NCBI GenBank assembly: GCA_040758355.1
Contig: JBFLWF010000002.1
Coordinates: 64,001 to 128,000 of the forward strand
Direction of reading: 5' to 3'
DNA from: Nitrospirota bacterium
GTDB taxonomy: Bacteria > Nitrospirota > Thermodesulfovibrionia > Thermodesulfovibrionales > Dissulfurispiraceae
Length of the DNA stretch: 64,000 nucleotides
The position numbers were made by a program, and so were the translations under genes. Under the pieces are notes generated by a model. The model saw only the letters and a program-made list of their open reading frames with translations, did not search any database and had not been told where the DNA came from. Shown in pieces: positions 30,345 through 41,284 of this stretch (its first letter is position 1; each line of letters starts with the position of its first letter).

Positions 30345-31700
30345 ATGAAAAAGAAAGTTCTGGAAAGTTCCATACTTTTTGTGAGCATTGTGAAATGGCT
30401 GTTCCTCGCCTCCTGCGCTGGCATACTTGTAGGCGTTTCTACAGCGGTCTTTCTTAAAACACTCGAAGCCGGGATAAGTTTCGCAGACGGTTACCGATAC
30501 TATTTTATCGCCCTCCCCGCCGTTATGGTAGTAAGTGTTTTGCTCGTTAAGTATTTCGCTCCGCAGGCGGAAGGCCACGGTACGGAAAAGATAATAGAGG
30601 CTGTGCACAGGCATTCTGGAAAAATCAATCCTCTTGTCGTCCCGGTTAAGCTGGTCGCAACGGTTATAACTATCGCAGCAGGCGGCTCTGCTGGGAAAGA
30701 GGGTCCATGCGCCCAGATAGGAGCGGGTCTGTGTTCGACTATTTCGGATATATTCAAATTCGACGACAGGGACAGGAAAAAAATGGTGATATGCGGTATA
30801 AGCGCCGGGTTTGCCACCGTATTCGGAACGCCTATCGCAGGCGCAATTTTCGGCGTTGAAGTATTGTTCGTTGGCGCTATGCTTTATGATGTACTACTGC
30901 CTTCGTTTGTCGCTGGCATTGTAGGCTATCAGGTATCTTCCGCACTCGGAGTTGCATATTTTCATGAACCGTTGAGGTTTGTCCCGGTGTTCAGCAGCGC
31001 CCTGTTTATAAAGGTCTGCATCAGCGGATTGTTTTTCGGTCTCTGCTCGCTTATCTTTATCGAGATGCTTCGTTTTTTTGAGAACACGGGCAGCCGCATG
31101 AAGTTCAATAAAATTTACAAGGCGATAGCAGGCGGCTTGGTTCTTGTAGTTCTTGCATTCATATTCTCCACAAGCTATCTCGGTCTCGGCCTGGAGACGA
31201 TTAAAAACGCTATCGAAGGGGACAATGTGAATTCGGGAGCCTTTATTCTAAAGATGATATTCACTTCGATTACACTCAATTTCGGCGGCAGCGGGGGCAT
31301 TGTTACGCCTATATTTTTTGTAGGTGCAGCAGCAGGCAATACCTTTGGCAGTTTGTTCGGACTTGATAGATCATTATTTGCCGCTATCGGAATGGTCGGA
31401 CTTTTAGCTGGTGCCGCAAACACCCCCATTTCTGCAAGCATTATGGCTGTTGAGCTTTTCGGCCCGCAAATAGGACCTTATGCTGCTGTTGCCTGTATTA
31501 TCAGTTTTCTCCTGACCGGCCACAGGAGCGTTTATCCGAGCCAGATTTTAGCCCTCGCAAAATCTTCATCCATAATTGTATCGAAAGGACAGGAGATGAG
31601 AGGGATAAGCGGCGTTGAATTCGACGTGAGGCCAAAAAGCATCACCGGAGGCATAGCCGAGGGAATAAAAAAGATCAGGAAAGGGGGAAAGAAGTCATAA
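30345..31700 (+). CDS. ClC-family chloride channel/antiporter
   Basis: GKEGP; FGTPIAG; GGIVTP; NTPIS. Confidence 0.88.
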   Translation: MKKKVLESSILFVSIVKWLFLASCAGILVGVSTAVFLKTLEAGISFADGYRYYFIALPAVMVVSVLLVKYFAPQAEGHGTEKIIEAVHRHSGKINPLVVPVKLVATVITIAAGGSAGKEGPCAQIGAGLCSTISDIFKFDDRDRKKMVICGISAGFATVFGTPIAGAIFGVEVLFVGAMLYDVLLPSFVAGIVGYQVSSALGVAYFHEPLRFVPVFSSALFIKVCISGLFFGLCSLIFIEMLRFFENTGSRMKFNKIYKAIAGGLVLVVLAFIFSTSYLGLGLETIKNAIEGDNVNSGAFILKMIFTSITLNFGGSGGIVTPIFFVGAAAGNTFGSLFGLDRSLFAAIGMVGLLAGAANTPISASIMAVELFGPQIGPYAAVACIISFLLTGHRSVYPSQILALAKSSSIIVSKGQEMRGISGVEFDVRPKSITGGIAEGIKKIRKGGKKS

Positions 31701-31730
31701 GAGGAGTTGAAATAACTCCATCAGGAACTA

Positions 31731-33569
31731 ATGAAAATCGGCGCTGATTATAAAGGTAACGGGAGATGCGAATTCGTTGTATGGGCGCCCTTGTTAAAGA
31801 GTGTGTCATTGAAATTAGTGTCTCGGTCCGAACGCATTATACCCATGGAAATGGCTGACAGAGGATACTGGAAAGTCGTGGCAGAAGGTGTTTTGCCCGG
31901 CGCTCTCTATCTTTATAGACTTGATAATAAGCTTGAAATGCCTGATCCTGCATCGCGATTTCAGCCCGAAGGTGTGCACGGGCCTTCTCAGGTTATAGAC
32001 CAGAATGAATTCCAATGGGATGACGATGGCTGGAAAGGAATTGACTTAAAGGACTTCATAATATACGAACTTCATGCAGGCACATTCACAAAGGAGGGAA
32101 CATTCGAGGCAGTAATTCCTTATCTCGATTATTTAAAAGACCTTGGGATAACCGCCATAGAGCTTATGCCTGTGGCGCAATTTCCGGGCAGCAGAAACTG
32201 GGGATATGACGGTGCATACCCCTTCGCAGTTCAGAATTCATATGGAGGCCCAAATGGATTAAAGGTATTGGTCAATGCCTGTCATAAAAAAGGACTTGCG
32301 GTTATTCTGGATGTGGTCTATAACCACTTTGGCCCTGAGGGAAATTATTTAAGCAACTTTGGTCCGTATTTTACCGGCATGTATAAAACGCCATGGGGAG
32401 ACGCTATTAATTTCGATGGCCCTTATAGCGATGAGGTAAGAAGATTTTTTATAAGTAACGCCCTTTACTGGATAACGGAATACCATATTGATGCCCTGAG
32501 AGTTGATGCCATTCATGGGATTTATGACTTCAGTGCCAGACATTTCCTGCAGGAATTGGGCGAGATAGTGCACAAAAATGCAGATGCACTGGGCAGAAAG
32601 ATTTATGTCATTGCAGAAAGCGACCTCAATGATGTGCGGGTTATAAATCCTGTAGAGATAGGCGGATACGGCCTTGATGCACAGTGGAATGATGACTTCC
32701 ACCATAGCCTGCATGCGCTGATAACAGGAGAGAAGAACGGCTATTATGAAGACTTCGGGGAAATAGGACATTTAGAAAAGGCATTCAGGGAAGGTTTTGT
32801 ATATTCAGGGGAATATTCGGCATTTAGAAAGAGGAGGCACGGCAGTTCCACAAAGGACAGGCCTGCGCACCAATTCATTGTCTTTTGTCAAAACCATGAT
32901 CAGGTTGGCAATAGAGCAATGGGTGACAGATTGAGCCAGACACAATCATTTGAAAAACTCAAGCTTGCAGCAGGCGTGGTTATATTTTCACCATATATAC
33001 CCCTTTTATTCATGGGCGAGGAATACGGTGAGACAGCGCCATTTCACTATTTTGTGAGCCACAGCGATGAGGCCCTCATCGAGGCTGTGAGAAAGGGAAG
33101 GAGAGAGGAGTTTTCTTCGTTTCAATGGAAAGGAAAAATCCCTGACCCCGTGGCAGAAAGCACTTTTTTAAATTCGAAGATAAATATCGAACTTCATAAA
33201 AAGGGACGGCATAACATACTCTTTAATTTTTACAGGGAATTAATAAGATTAAGGAAGGAAGTCCCTGCACTTTCCAATCTCAGCAAGGAGAATATGGAGG
33301 TAAAAGGATTTGAAGAAGAGAAGGTTTTATATGTCAGGAGATGGTTTGAGGATGACGGAGTCTTCTGTCTCCATAATTTTGATGAAAGGCATGCAAAAAT
33401 TAAATTAACACTTCCCGAAGGTATATGGGAGAAGACACTTGAGTCTTCCTCAAAGGATTGGGGAGGAGCAAACAGTATGGTGGAGCAAAGGATGGAATCA
33501 TACGGCACGGAGGTGACTGTTATGATAAATCCTCACAGCTTCATTCTTTACAGGAAGATTAAGGGGTAA
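31731..33569 (+). CDS. treZ: Malto-oligosyltrehalose trehalohydrolase
   Basis: PDPASRFQPEGVHG; NWGYDG; DVVYNH; RVDAIH; QNHDQVGNR. Confidence 0.95.
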   Translation: MKIGADYKGNGRCEFVVWAPLLKSVSLKLVSRSERIIPMEMADRGYWKVVAEGVLPGALYLYRLDNKLEMPDPASRFQPEGVHGPSQVIDQNEFQWDDDGWKGIDLKDFIIYELHAGTFTKEGTFEAVIPYLDYLKDLGITAIELMPVAQFPGSRNWGYDGAYPFAVQNSYGGPNGLKVLVNACHKKGLAVILDVVYNHFGPEGNYLSNFGPYFTGMYKTPWGDAINFDGPYSDEVRRFFISNALYWITEYHIDALRVDAIHGIYDFSARHFLQELGEIVHKNADALGRKIYVIAESDLNDVRVINPVEIGGYGLDAQWNDDFHHSLHALITGEKNGYYEDFGEIGHLEKAFREGFVYSGEYSAFRKRRHGSSTKDRPAHQFIVFCQNHDQVGNRAMGDRLSQTQSFEKLKLAAGVVIFSPYIPLLFMGEEYGETAPFHYFVSHSDEALIEAVRKGRREEFSSFQWKGKIPDPVAESTFLNSKINIELHKKGRHNILFNFYRELIRLRKEVPALSNLSKENMEVKGFEEEKVLYVRRWFEDDGVFCLHNFDERHAKIKLTLPEGIWEKTLESSSKDWGGANSMVEQRMESYGTEVTVMINPHSFILYRKIKG

Positions 33570-33572
33570 TAG

Positions 33573-36014
33573 ATGGAGCGTTATCTCTGCATACACGGAC
33601 ATTTTTATCAGCCGCCGAGGGAAAATCCGTGGCTTGAGGCCATAGAGGTACAGGACTCCGCATATCCTTACCATGACTGGAATGAGAGGATAAATGCCGA
33701 GTGCTATGCACCCAATACTGCCTCGCGAATTCTGGACGGAGAAAGGCGCATAGTGAATATTGTGAGCAATTACGCCAGAATAAGTTTTAACTTCGGCCCC
33801 ACGGTTCTTTCATGGATGGAGGCCAATTCTCCTGAAATCTATCAGGCGATACTTGATGCGGATAAACAGAGTATAGAATGGCGTTCCGGACACGGCAATG
33901 CAATTGCACAAGCGTACAACCATATAATAATGCCCCTATCACATAAGCGCGACAAAATGACTCAGGTTTTATGGGGCATTAAGGATTTTGAATACAGATT
34001 CAAACGTTTCCCTGAGGGTATGTGGCTCCCGGAGACAGCAGTGGATATCGAAACACTGGAGGTGCTTGCAGAGTGCGGAATAAAATTCACAATCTTAGCT
34101 CCTCATCAGGCGTTGAGGGTGAGGAAGATAGGTGCGGGCAAATGGAAGGATGTGAGCGGAGCGAGGATTGACCCCACAAGGGCTTATCTCTGCAGGCTCC
34201 CTTCAGGCCGGAGAATAAACATCTTTTTTTATGACGGCCCCATATCGCAGGCCGTTGCCTTTGAGAGACTCCTCAATAAAGGGGAAGACTTTGCGAACCG
34301 TCTTTTAAGCGGTTATTCCGCCTTGAGAGAATGGCCTCAGATACTCAACATCGCCACAGACGGCGAATCCTACGGCCATCACCATAAATTCGGAGACATG
34401 GCCCTCGCATATGCGCTTAATTACATAGAGTTCAACGGCATAGCGAGACTTACAAACTATGGAGATCATCTTGAGAAACATCCACCAACTCACGAGGTCG
34501 AAATCATCGAAAATACCTCGTGGAGCTGCATTCACGGCATAGAGAGATGGAGGAACAACTGCGGATGCAACCCAGGCGGACATCCAGAATGGAATCAGGA
34601 ATGGAGGGCGCCTCTCCGGCAGGCGCTGGATTGGCTAAGGGAGCAGGTATCATTCAAATACGAACATAAGGCGAAGGAATACCTGAAAGACCCGTGGAAG
34701 GCGAGAGACGAATACATCGATGTCATCCTCGACCGCTCGGAAGCAAATATTAAGAGGTTTCTTGAAAGACATGCATCGAGGAATCTGGATATGGATGAAA
34801 CGGTCATTGTCCTTAAGCTACTTGAAATGCAGAGGCATGCCATGCTGATGTACACGAGCTGCGGATGGTTTTTCGATGAGCTTTCAGGCCTTGAGACCGT
34901 GCAGATCCTCCAGTATGCAGGAAGGGCCATACAGTTGTCAGAACATGTTTTTAATAACGGCCTCGAAAACGGCTTTCTGGAAAGGCTTGCATCGGCAAAG
35001 AGTAATCTGCCCGATCACAAGGACGGCGCCCGTATATATGAAAAATTTGTCAAACCGGCAATAATAGACCTCAAAAAAGTCGGCATACATTATGCCGTAA
35101 GTTCGTTATTTGAAGATTATCCCGAAAGATCGAAGATTTACTGCTATGCAATCGACAGGGAAGATTATCAGGGCGTACATGCCGGCAGAATGAAACTTGC
35201 GGTGGGTAAGGTCTGCGTTACATCGGAGATAACCAAAAAGAGCGAATACATAAGCTTCGGCGTATTGTATTTCGGAGACCACAGCATAAACGGAGGAGTG
35301 CGTAATTTTCTTGGCGACGATGCCTATCAGTCCATGAAACATGAGATCATCACGGCATTTGAAAGCGGCGAGTTTGCGGACATTATAAGACTGATGGACA
35401 AACATTTCGGAATGCATAACTATTCTCTCAGGGATCTCTTCAGGGATGAGCAGCGGAAGATACTGAATATCATCATCAGAACCACCATGGAGGACTTTAA
35501 GGCATCATACCGCCAGATGTTCGACAACAACCGTATCCTGATGGGCTTTCTTCAGGAAACAGGCATACCGATACCAAAGGCATTTTATACCACGGCAGAA
35601 TTTACTCTGAGCATTGATTTGAAGAGGGCGCTTGAAGGAGGTATAGATATTGTGAAGGTTCAGGGCATCATCGATGATATAAAGAAATGGAATATACCCA
35701 TCGATTTCACGGATATAGAATTTATAGCACGGCGTGGTATTGAAAGTCTAATGGCTGCCCTGTATAAAAATTCCTCCGATGTTTCACTGCTCTGTGAAAT
35801 CAGAAGGGTCATAGATATGCTGAACTCACTGCCCTTTGAAATAAACTTCTGGTATGTGCAAAACATATATTACAAACTGGCAAGAACAGTTTACAGGGAC
35901 TTTTTGTCAAAGGCACGGTCAGGCGACGAAGGTGCAATACGCTGGATGGATGAATTCAGGCAGATGGGGCAGAGCCTATTTTTCAATATTGAAGCAGTTT
36001 TGTCTGAAAATTAA
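33573..36014 (+). CDS. GH57 glycoside hydrolase with DUF3536
   Basis: HGHFYQPPRENPW; GMWLPET; ATDGESYGHH; MYTSCGWFFD. Confidence 0.88.
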   Translation: MERYLCIHGHFYQPPRENPWLEAIEVQDSAYPYHDWNERINAECYAPNTASRILDGERRIVNIVSNYARISFNFGPTVLSWMEANSPEIYQAILDADKQSIEWRSGHGNAIAQAYNHIIMPLSHKRDKMTQVLWGIKDFEYRFKRFPEGMWLPETAVDIETLEVLAECGIKFTILAPHQALRVRKIGAGKWKDVSGARIDPTRAYLCRLPSGRRINIFFYDGPISQAVAFERLLNKGEDFANRLLSGYSALREWPQILNIATDGESYGHHHKFGDMALAYALNYIEFNGIARLTNYGDHLEKHPPTHEVEIIENTSWSCIHGIERWRNNCGCNPGGHPEWNQEWRAPLRQALDWLREQVSFKYEHKAKEYLKDPWKARDEYIDVILDRSEANIKRFLERHASRNLDMDETVIVLKLLEMQRHAMLMYTSCGWFFDELSGLETVQILQYAGRAIQLSEHVFNNGLENGFLERLASAKSNLPDHKDGARIYEKFVKPAIIDLKKVGIHYAVSSLFEDYPERSKIYCYAIDREDYQGVHAGRMKLAVGKVCVTSEITKKSEYISFGVLYFGDHSINGGVRNFLGDDAYQSMKHEIITAFESGEFADIIRLMDKHFGMHNYSLRDLFRDEQRKILNIIIRTTMEDFKASYRQMFDNNRILMGFLQETGIPIPKAFYTTAEFTLSIDLKRALEGGIDIVKVQGIIDDIKKWNIPIDFTDIEFIARRGIESLMAALYKNSSDVSLLCEIRRVIDMLNSLPFEINFWYVQNIYYKLARTVYRDFLSKARSGDEGAIRWMDEFRQMGQSLFFNIEAVLSEN

Positions 36015-36025
36015 GTGGAGGTTAT

Positions 36026-39000
36026 GTGGCTGTTGAAGGCATTCCAAATGTGAGGATACCTGTTTCAACTTACAGGCTGCAATTTAGCAGTCAATTCAGA
36101 TTTTCCGATGCACGGGATATCATATGCTACCTCTATGGCCTCGGCATCAGCGATATTTATGCATCGCCTTATTTGAAGGCAAAAGAGGGAAGCCTCCACG
36201 GATACGATATAGTTGACCCCAATGAATTAAACCCCGAGATAGGGACAGAAGAAGAACATGATGAATTGATAAAGGAACTTCAGAAGTATGGAATGGGACA
36301 GGTGCTCGACATTGTCCCGAACCATATGTGCATAGAAAGCAGCGCCAATAAATGGTGGATGGATGTCCTTGAGAATGGCCCGAGCTCGGTTTATGCGAAT
36401 TTCTTTGATATAGACTGGGAGCCTGTCAAAAAGGAGCTAAAAGATAAGATACTCCTTCCGATTCTGGGCGACCAGTACGGGAAGGTTCTTGAGGACCGGG
36501 AACTAAAATTGAATTTTGAAGGAGGGGCGTTTTTCTTACATTACTATGAACATAAATTTCCTGTAAGACCACAGACCTACATCCAGATACTGGAGCATCG
36601 GATTGACGGGCTAAAAGAATCACTGCGACCTGAAAATCCTCACTTCATTGAACTTTTGAGCATCATTACAGCACTGAAGCATCTACCCTATTATGCAGAA
36701 AGAGACCCTGAAAAGATTACCGAGCGATACCGTGAAAAGGAGATCATAAAGAAGCGCCTCTGGAATCTCTATAATGAAAGCCTGGAGATTAAAGAATTTA
36801 TTGATGATAATGTGAAGATATTTAATGGAGTTAAGGGCGATCCTGGGAGTTTCGACCTCCTTGATAAACTTCTCAGAGAGCAGGCATACAGGCTCTCACA
36901 CTGGAGGGTTGCAACAGAGGAGATAAATTACAGGAGGTTTTTTGACATCAATGAGCTTGCAGCAATCAGGATGGAGGATCCGGTTGTATTCAATGAAACC
37001 CATAAGCTCATATTCAGACTTATCAAGAAAGGAATCGTTATCGGCCTGAGGGTCGACCATCCTGATGGGTTATATAACCCGCCGGAATATTTCCATAGAT
37101 TGCAGCAAAACTGTTTTTTGCACATAAGGCTCGGTTATCTTGAATTGCTAAGAGACAACATATCCCCGGATACTTATGAAGAGGTCAAAGGGGAGACGCC
37201 GATGTCTGCTCTTCCGTCTGATGCCGGGGCAGAGATATTGAAACAGTACGATGAAGTATTATCATCAAACCCTTATTTCAAACCATTCTATATCGTGGGC
37301 GAAAAGATTCTTACGCGGGATGAGAAGATGCCGGAGGACTGGCCCATATTCAGTACGACAGGCTATGTTTTCCTGAACTCATTAAACGGGATATTCATCG
37401 AAACCGGCAATGCAAAGGCATTTGATGAAATATATTCCAGATTCATCAGGTCAAAGATCAATTTTCAGGATATTGTTTACGAGAAAAAGAAATTGATAAT
37501 GCAGGTGGCAATGGCCAGCGAGATTAATACCCTCGGACATTACCTGAGCAGGGTCTCCGAGAAGGACAGACATACGAGGGATTTTACTCTCAACAGTCTT
37601 ATCGGCGCCCTTGTGGAGGTCATTGCCTTCTTTCCTGTCTACAGGACATATATAACACCTGACGGTGCAAGCGATAAAGACCGGAGATATATAGAGCTTG
37701 CCGTATCAAAGGCAAAGCGTAGAAACCCTGCCATCAGCGGGTCAATCTTTGATTTCCTTAAGGATGTACTGCTGCTGAATTATCCGAAGCATTTTAAAGA
37801 GGATGATAGAAAGGAATGGCTCGATTTTGTCATGAGGTTTGAGCAGATTACGGGGGCTGTTATGGCAAAGGGTGTTGAGGACACTGCCTTTTATGTCTAT
37901 AACAGGCTTGTTTCCATTAATGAAGTGGGAGGAAGTCCCGACAGATTCGGCACCTCCCTCGAAACCTTTCACGGAAAAAATATCGAACGAATCAAGTCGT
38001 GGCCACATGCACTTATCGCTACATCTACCCATGACACAAAGCGGAGCGAGGATGTGAGGGCAAGGATAAATGTCCTTTCAGAGATACCCGATGAATGGAA
38101 GGAATGCCTGATTAGATGGAACCGTTTGAATAAAAAGAAAAAACCTGTGATTGACGGCATGGCAGTGCCTGACAGAAATGAGGAGTATCTTTTATACCAG
38201 ACCCTTATCGGTGCATGGCCTGTTGAACCGATGAATGAATCCGAATACGAAGTCTTTAAAAATCGCATTAAGGACTACATGCTAAAGGCAATAAGGGAAG
38301 CCAAGGTCAACACAAGCTGGATAAATCCAAACACGATTTATGAAGATGCCATGATGCTTTTTATTGAAAGGATAATAAACCCGATTCATGACAATCAGTT
38401 CCTGAATGAATTTCTGGCATTTCAGAAGAAGATTTCACATTATGGCATGTTCAATTCCCTCTCACAGACGCTCCTTAAGATAACATCTCCGGGCGTACCG
38501 GACTTCTATCAGGGAACAGAGATATGGAACTTCAGCCTTGTTGATCCTGACAACCGCAGGCCTGTTGATTACAAAATAAGAATGGAAATGCTTGAGGAAC
38601 TAAAAGAGTATGAGTCTGACATCGGGCCTCTTGAGCTTATGAAAGAGCTGACTATTAACAAAGATGACGGAAAAATAAAAATGTATCTGATATACAAGTC
38701 CCTCAACTTTCGGAAGAACAACAGGGAGCTTTTTGAGAAAGGAGAATATATACCGCTTGAGGTGTATGGAGACAGGGCTGACAATGTCTGTGCCTTTGTG
38801 CGCAGGGCAGGCAACAGAAGGGCTATTATGGTTGTACCGAGATTCCTGACAGGGATGATTTCTCCAACAGGGATATTCCCGTTTGATGTCGAATGGAATG
38901 ATTCGTTTATAGTGATTCCATTCGCGGAAACAGGAGCAAGATACAGAAATATATTTACGGATGAAATTGTGACGGCCAAAAATTATAAAGACGCTACTGC

Positions 39001-39064
39001 ATTAAAACTATCAGAGGTGTTTTCGAATTCGCCTGTAGTTTTGCTCGAAAGGGTTTATACTTAA
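36026..39064 (+). CDS. treY: Malto-oligosyltrehalose synthase
   Basis: STYRLQ; HGYD; DIVPNH; NYRRFFD; RVDHPDG; STHDTKR. Confidence 0.95.
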   Translation: MAVEGIPNVRIPVSTYRLQFSSQFRFSDARDIICYLYGLGISDIYASPYLKAKEGSLHGYDIVDPNELNPEIGTEEEHDELIKELQKYGMGQVLDIVPNHMCIESSANKWWMDVLENGPSSVYANFFDIDWEPVKKELKDKILLPILGDQYGKVLEDRELKLNFEGGAFFLHYYEHKFPVRPQTYIQILEHRIDGLKESLRPENPHFIELLSIITALKHLPYYAERDPEKITERYREKEIIKKRLWNLYNESLEIKEFIDDNVKIFNGVKGDPGSFDLLDKLLREQAYRLSHWRVATEEINYRRFFDINELAAIRMEDPVVFNETHKLIFRLIKKGIVIGLRVDHPDGLYNPPEYFHRLQQNCFLHIRLGYLELLRDNISPDTYEEVKGETPMSALPSDAGAEILKQYDEVLSSNPYFKPFYIVGEKILTRDEKMPEDWPIFSTTGYVFLNSLNGIFIETGNAKAFDEIYSRFIRSKINFQDIVYEKKKLIMQVAMASEINTLGHYLSRVSEKDRHTRDFTLNSLIGALVEVIAFFPVYRTYITPDGASDKDRRYIELAVSKAKRRNPAISGSIFDFLKDVLLLNYPKHFKEDDRKEWLDFVMRFEQITGAVMAKGVEDTAFYVYNRLVSINEVGGSPDRFGTSLETFHGKNIERIKSWPHALIATSTHDTKRSEDVRARINVLSEIPDEWKECLIRWNRLNKKKKPVIDGMAVPDRNEEYLLYQTLIGAWPVEPMNESEYEVFKNRIKDYMLKAIREAKVNTSWINPNTIYEDAMMLFIERIINPIHDNQFLNEFLAFQKKISHYGMFNSLSQTLLKITSPGVPDFYQGTEIWNFSLVDPDNRRPVDYKIRMEMLEELKEYESDIGPLELMKELTINKDDGKIKMYLIYKSLNFRKNNRELFEKGEYIPLEVYGDRADNVCAFVRRAGNRRAIMVVPRFLTGMISPTGIFPFDVEWNDSFIVIPFAETGARYRNIFTDEIVTAKNYKDATALKLSEVFSNSPVVLLERVYT

Positions 39065-39068
39065 GTAT

Positions 39069-40349
39069 ATGGACAGCATTGTTGAAAGAAAAGAGGTAAG
39101 GGAAAAGTTGGAAGACATAAAGAAGGCGGATATCCTTGTCGGCATTCCGAGCTACAATAATGCCCGGACAATAGGCCATGTGGTGAAGGCAGTGCAGGCA
39201 GGGTTTGCCAAGTATTTCCCTGATAAAAATTGTGTCCTCGTAAATTCGGATGGAGGCTCAACAGACGGCACGATGGACGTTGTCCAGAACGCAGCCATTG
39301 AGGATTTCCAATCGATTCTCCTTCATCATAGGGTGAGGCCGGCTTTTAAAATAACAACTCCATATCACGGCATACCCGGCAAGGGAAGCGCATTCAGGAC
39401 AATATTCGAGATAGCGGATGTCTTGAATGTGAAGGCGTGCGCAGTCGTTGATTCTGATTTAAGAAGCATTACTCCGGAGTGGATAGAGCTTCTTATCAAA
39501 CCTGTGGTTGAAGGCAATCTCGACTATGTTGCACCCCTTTATCACAGGCATAAATACGACGGTACAATAACGAACAGCATAGTCTATCCTCTAACCCGTG
39601 CATTATACGGCAAGAGTGTAAGACAGCCTATTGGCGGCGACTTTGGTTTTTCAGGAGAGCTTGCAAGGTTTTATCTGAGCAAGGATGTATGGGAGACGGA
39701 TGTCGCAAAATACGGAATAGATGTATGGATGACAACCACTGCAATTGCAAATAATTTCAAGGTATGCCAGTCATTCCTTGGAGCCAAGATTCACGATCCA
39801 AAAGACCCGGGCGCTGATTTAAGCGCAATGCTTTATCAGGTGGTCGGAGCGACATTTGACCTTATGGAGACATATTCGGATGTCTGGAAAGATATAAAAA
39901 GCTCGGAGGCTGTCCTTACCTGCGGCTTTCAATACGCTGTGGGGCTTGAGCCTGTAAATGTAAATGTAGACAGGATGATTGATAAATTCAGGCTTGGCGT
40001 AAAAGAACTCATGGGGATATGGAAGGAGTTCATGCCGGAGAGCATTATAAAATTCCTTCAGAGGACAGAAAAGATATCGAAAAAGAGGTTCAATATCCCT
40101 GATGAGATATGGGTGGAGGTTATTTACAGTTTTGCCATTGCAGCCCATAAGAAGCTGATTAACAAAGAGCATCTGCTCAAGTCGCTAACCCCGCTTTATA
40201 TAGGAAGAACAGCGTCTTTTGTGCTGGAGACATGGGAGAGCGATGCAGAGGAGGTGGAGGAAAAAATAGAGAATCTATGCATCGTCTTTGAGAATAAAAA
40301 AAGCTTGCTTATCGAGAAATGGGGTAATAGTATGGTAGAGGAGGTGTGA
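39069..40349 (+). CDS. Glucosylglycerate synthase-like GT-A glycosyltransferase (Ggs/Mgs type)
   Basis: GIPSYNNA; DGGSTDGT; GKGSAF; DSD; YDGTITN; RQPIGGDF. Confidence 0.72.
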   Translation: MDSIVERKEVREKLEDIKKADILVGIPSYNNARTIGHVVKAVQAGFAKYFPDKNCVLVNSDGGSTDGTMDVVQNAAIEDFQSILLHHRVRPAFKITTPYHGIPGKGSAFRTIFEIADVLNVKACAVVDSDLRSITPEWIELLIKPVVEGNLDYVAPLYHRHKYDGTITNSIVYPLTRALYGKSVRQPIGGDFGFSGELARFYLSKDVWETDVAKYGIDVWMTTTAIANNFKVCQSFLGAKIHDPKDPGADLSAMLYQVVGATFDLMETYSDVWKDIKSSEAVLTCGFQYAVGLEPVNVNVDRMIDKFRLGVKELMGIWKEFMPESIIKFLQRTEKISKKRFNIPDEIWVEVIYSFAIAAHKKLINKEHLLKSLTPLYIGRTASFVLETWESDAEEVEEKIENLCIVFENKKSLLIEKWGNSMVEEV

Positions 40350-40350
40350 A

Positions 40351-41049
40351 ATGAAGAATATATTTGAAAGGATGATATCGGAGCCGTTAGAGGGTTTTTT
40401 AGAGAGGTTTATACAATTTCTTCCCAACCTGATCTCGGCGATATTGCTGCTGATAACCGGATTATTTGCCGGCTGGCTGACTAAAAAGGTATTCTGCCGG
40501 CTGCTCAGGATTTTGAAGGTCGATGAATTTTCCGAAAGGCATGGAATCGATAATATTCTCCTAAAGGGAGGCATTAAGGAAAGTTTATCCTCTATTGTTG
40601 GACGATTTGCCGGCTGGCTGGTATTTTTTATTTTCGTCATAATATCCTTAAGCAGCCTGAATGTGCCGGCAATAGAAAGGCTTCTCGAAAGATTTTTCCT
40701 TTATCTGCCCAATCTCTTTGTTGCCGTTATTATTCTCCTGATAGGTTATCTGCTGAGCAATTTCTTTGGAAGGGCTGCTTTGATAGCGTCTGTGAATGCA
40801 GGCATCAGGTTTTCAGGCCTTATGGGCAAATTCGTGAAATTCGCTGTATTTATCCTCGCAGCCACAATGGCGCTTGAGCAACTGGGAATAGGAAGGGAGA
40901 CGATAATCATTGCCTTTGCAATAGTATTCGGCGGAATCGTTCTTGCCCTTTCCATAGCCTTTGGTCTCGGCGGAAGGGATATTGCAAAGGAGTATCTTGA
41001 AAAGAAAGTGAAAGGTGAAGAAAAGAAGGACGAAATAAGTCATCTCTAA
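40351..41049 (+). CDS. Conserved TM-helix repeat membrane protein (MscS/CmpX-like)
   Basis: Two FLPNL/YLPNL repeats; ALSIAFGLGGR. Confidence 0.75.
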   Translation: MKNIFERMISEPLEGFLERFIQFLPNLISAILLLITGLFAGWLTKKVFCRLLRILKVDEFSERHGIDNILLKGGIKESLSSIVGRFAGWLVFFIFVIISLSSLNVPAIERLLERFFLYLPNLFVAVIILLIGYLLSNFFGRAALIASVNAGIRFSGLMGKFVKFAVFILAATMALEQLGIGRETIIIAFAIVFGGIVLALSIAFGLGGRDIAKEYLEKKVKGEEKKDEISHL

Positions 41050-41074
41050 AGATATGGAAGTATGTGGGGTAAGA

Positions 41075-41221
41075 TTATTTCAGCACAAATTCATGCCCGC
41101 ACTTTTTGCAGAGGACGGTATCGCCTTTTTTCCTGCCTTTGAAGTGCTGGGCTTTTTTGCATTTCGGGCATTTCCTGTAATAGCTGAAGATCGATAATAA
41201 AATCGGGCAGTAATAAAGCAT
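41075..41221 (-). CDS. Putative 48-aa zinc-ribbon protein (not in ORF track)
   Basis: MLYYCPILLSIFSYYRKCPKCKKAQHFKGRKKGDTVLCKKCGHEFVLK; two CxxC pairs. Confidence 0.6.
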   Translation of the reverse strand: MLYYCPILLSIFSYYRKCPKCKKAQHFKGRKKGDTVLCKKCGHEFVLK

Positions 41222-41284
41222 AATCTATGCTACCATAAAAAATATGGAATTGGAATTTCTGAAATCACTGCAAAGGAGGGGCGT

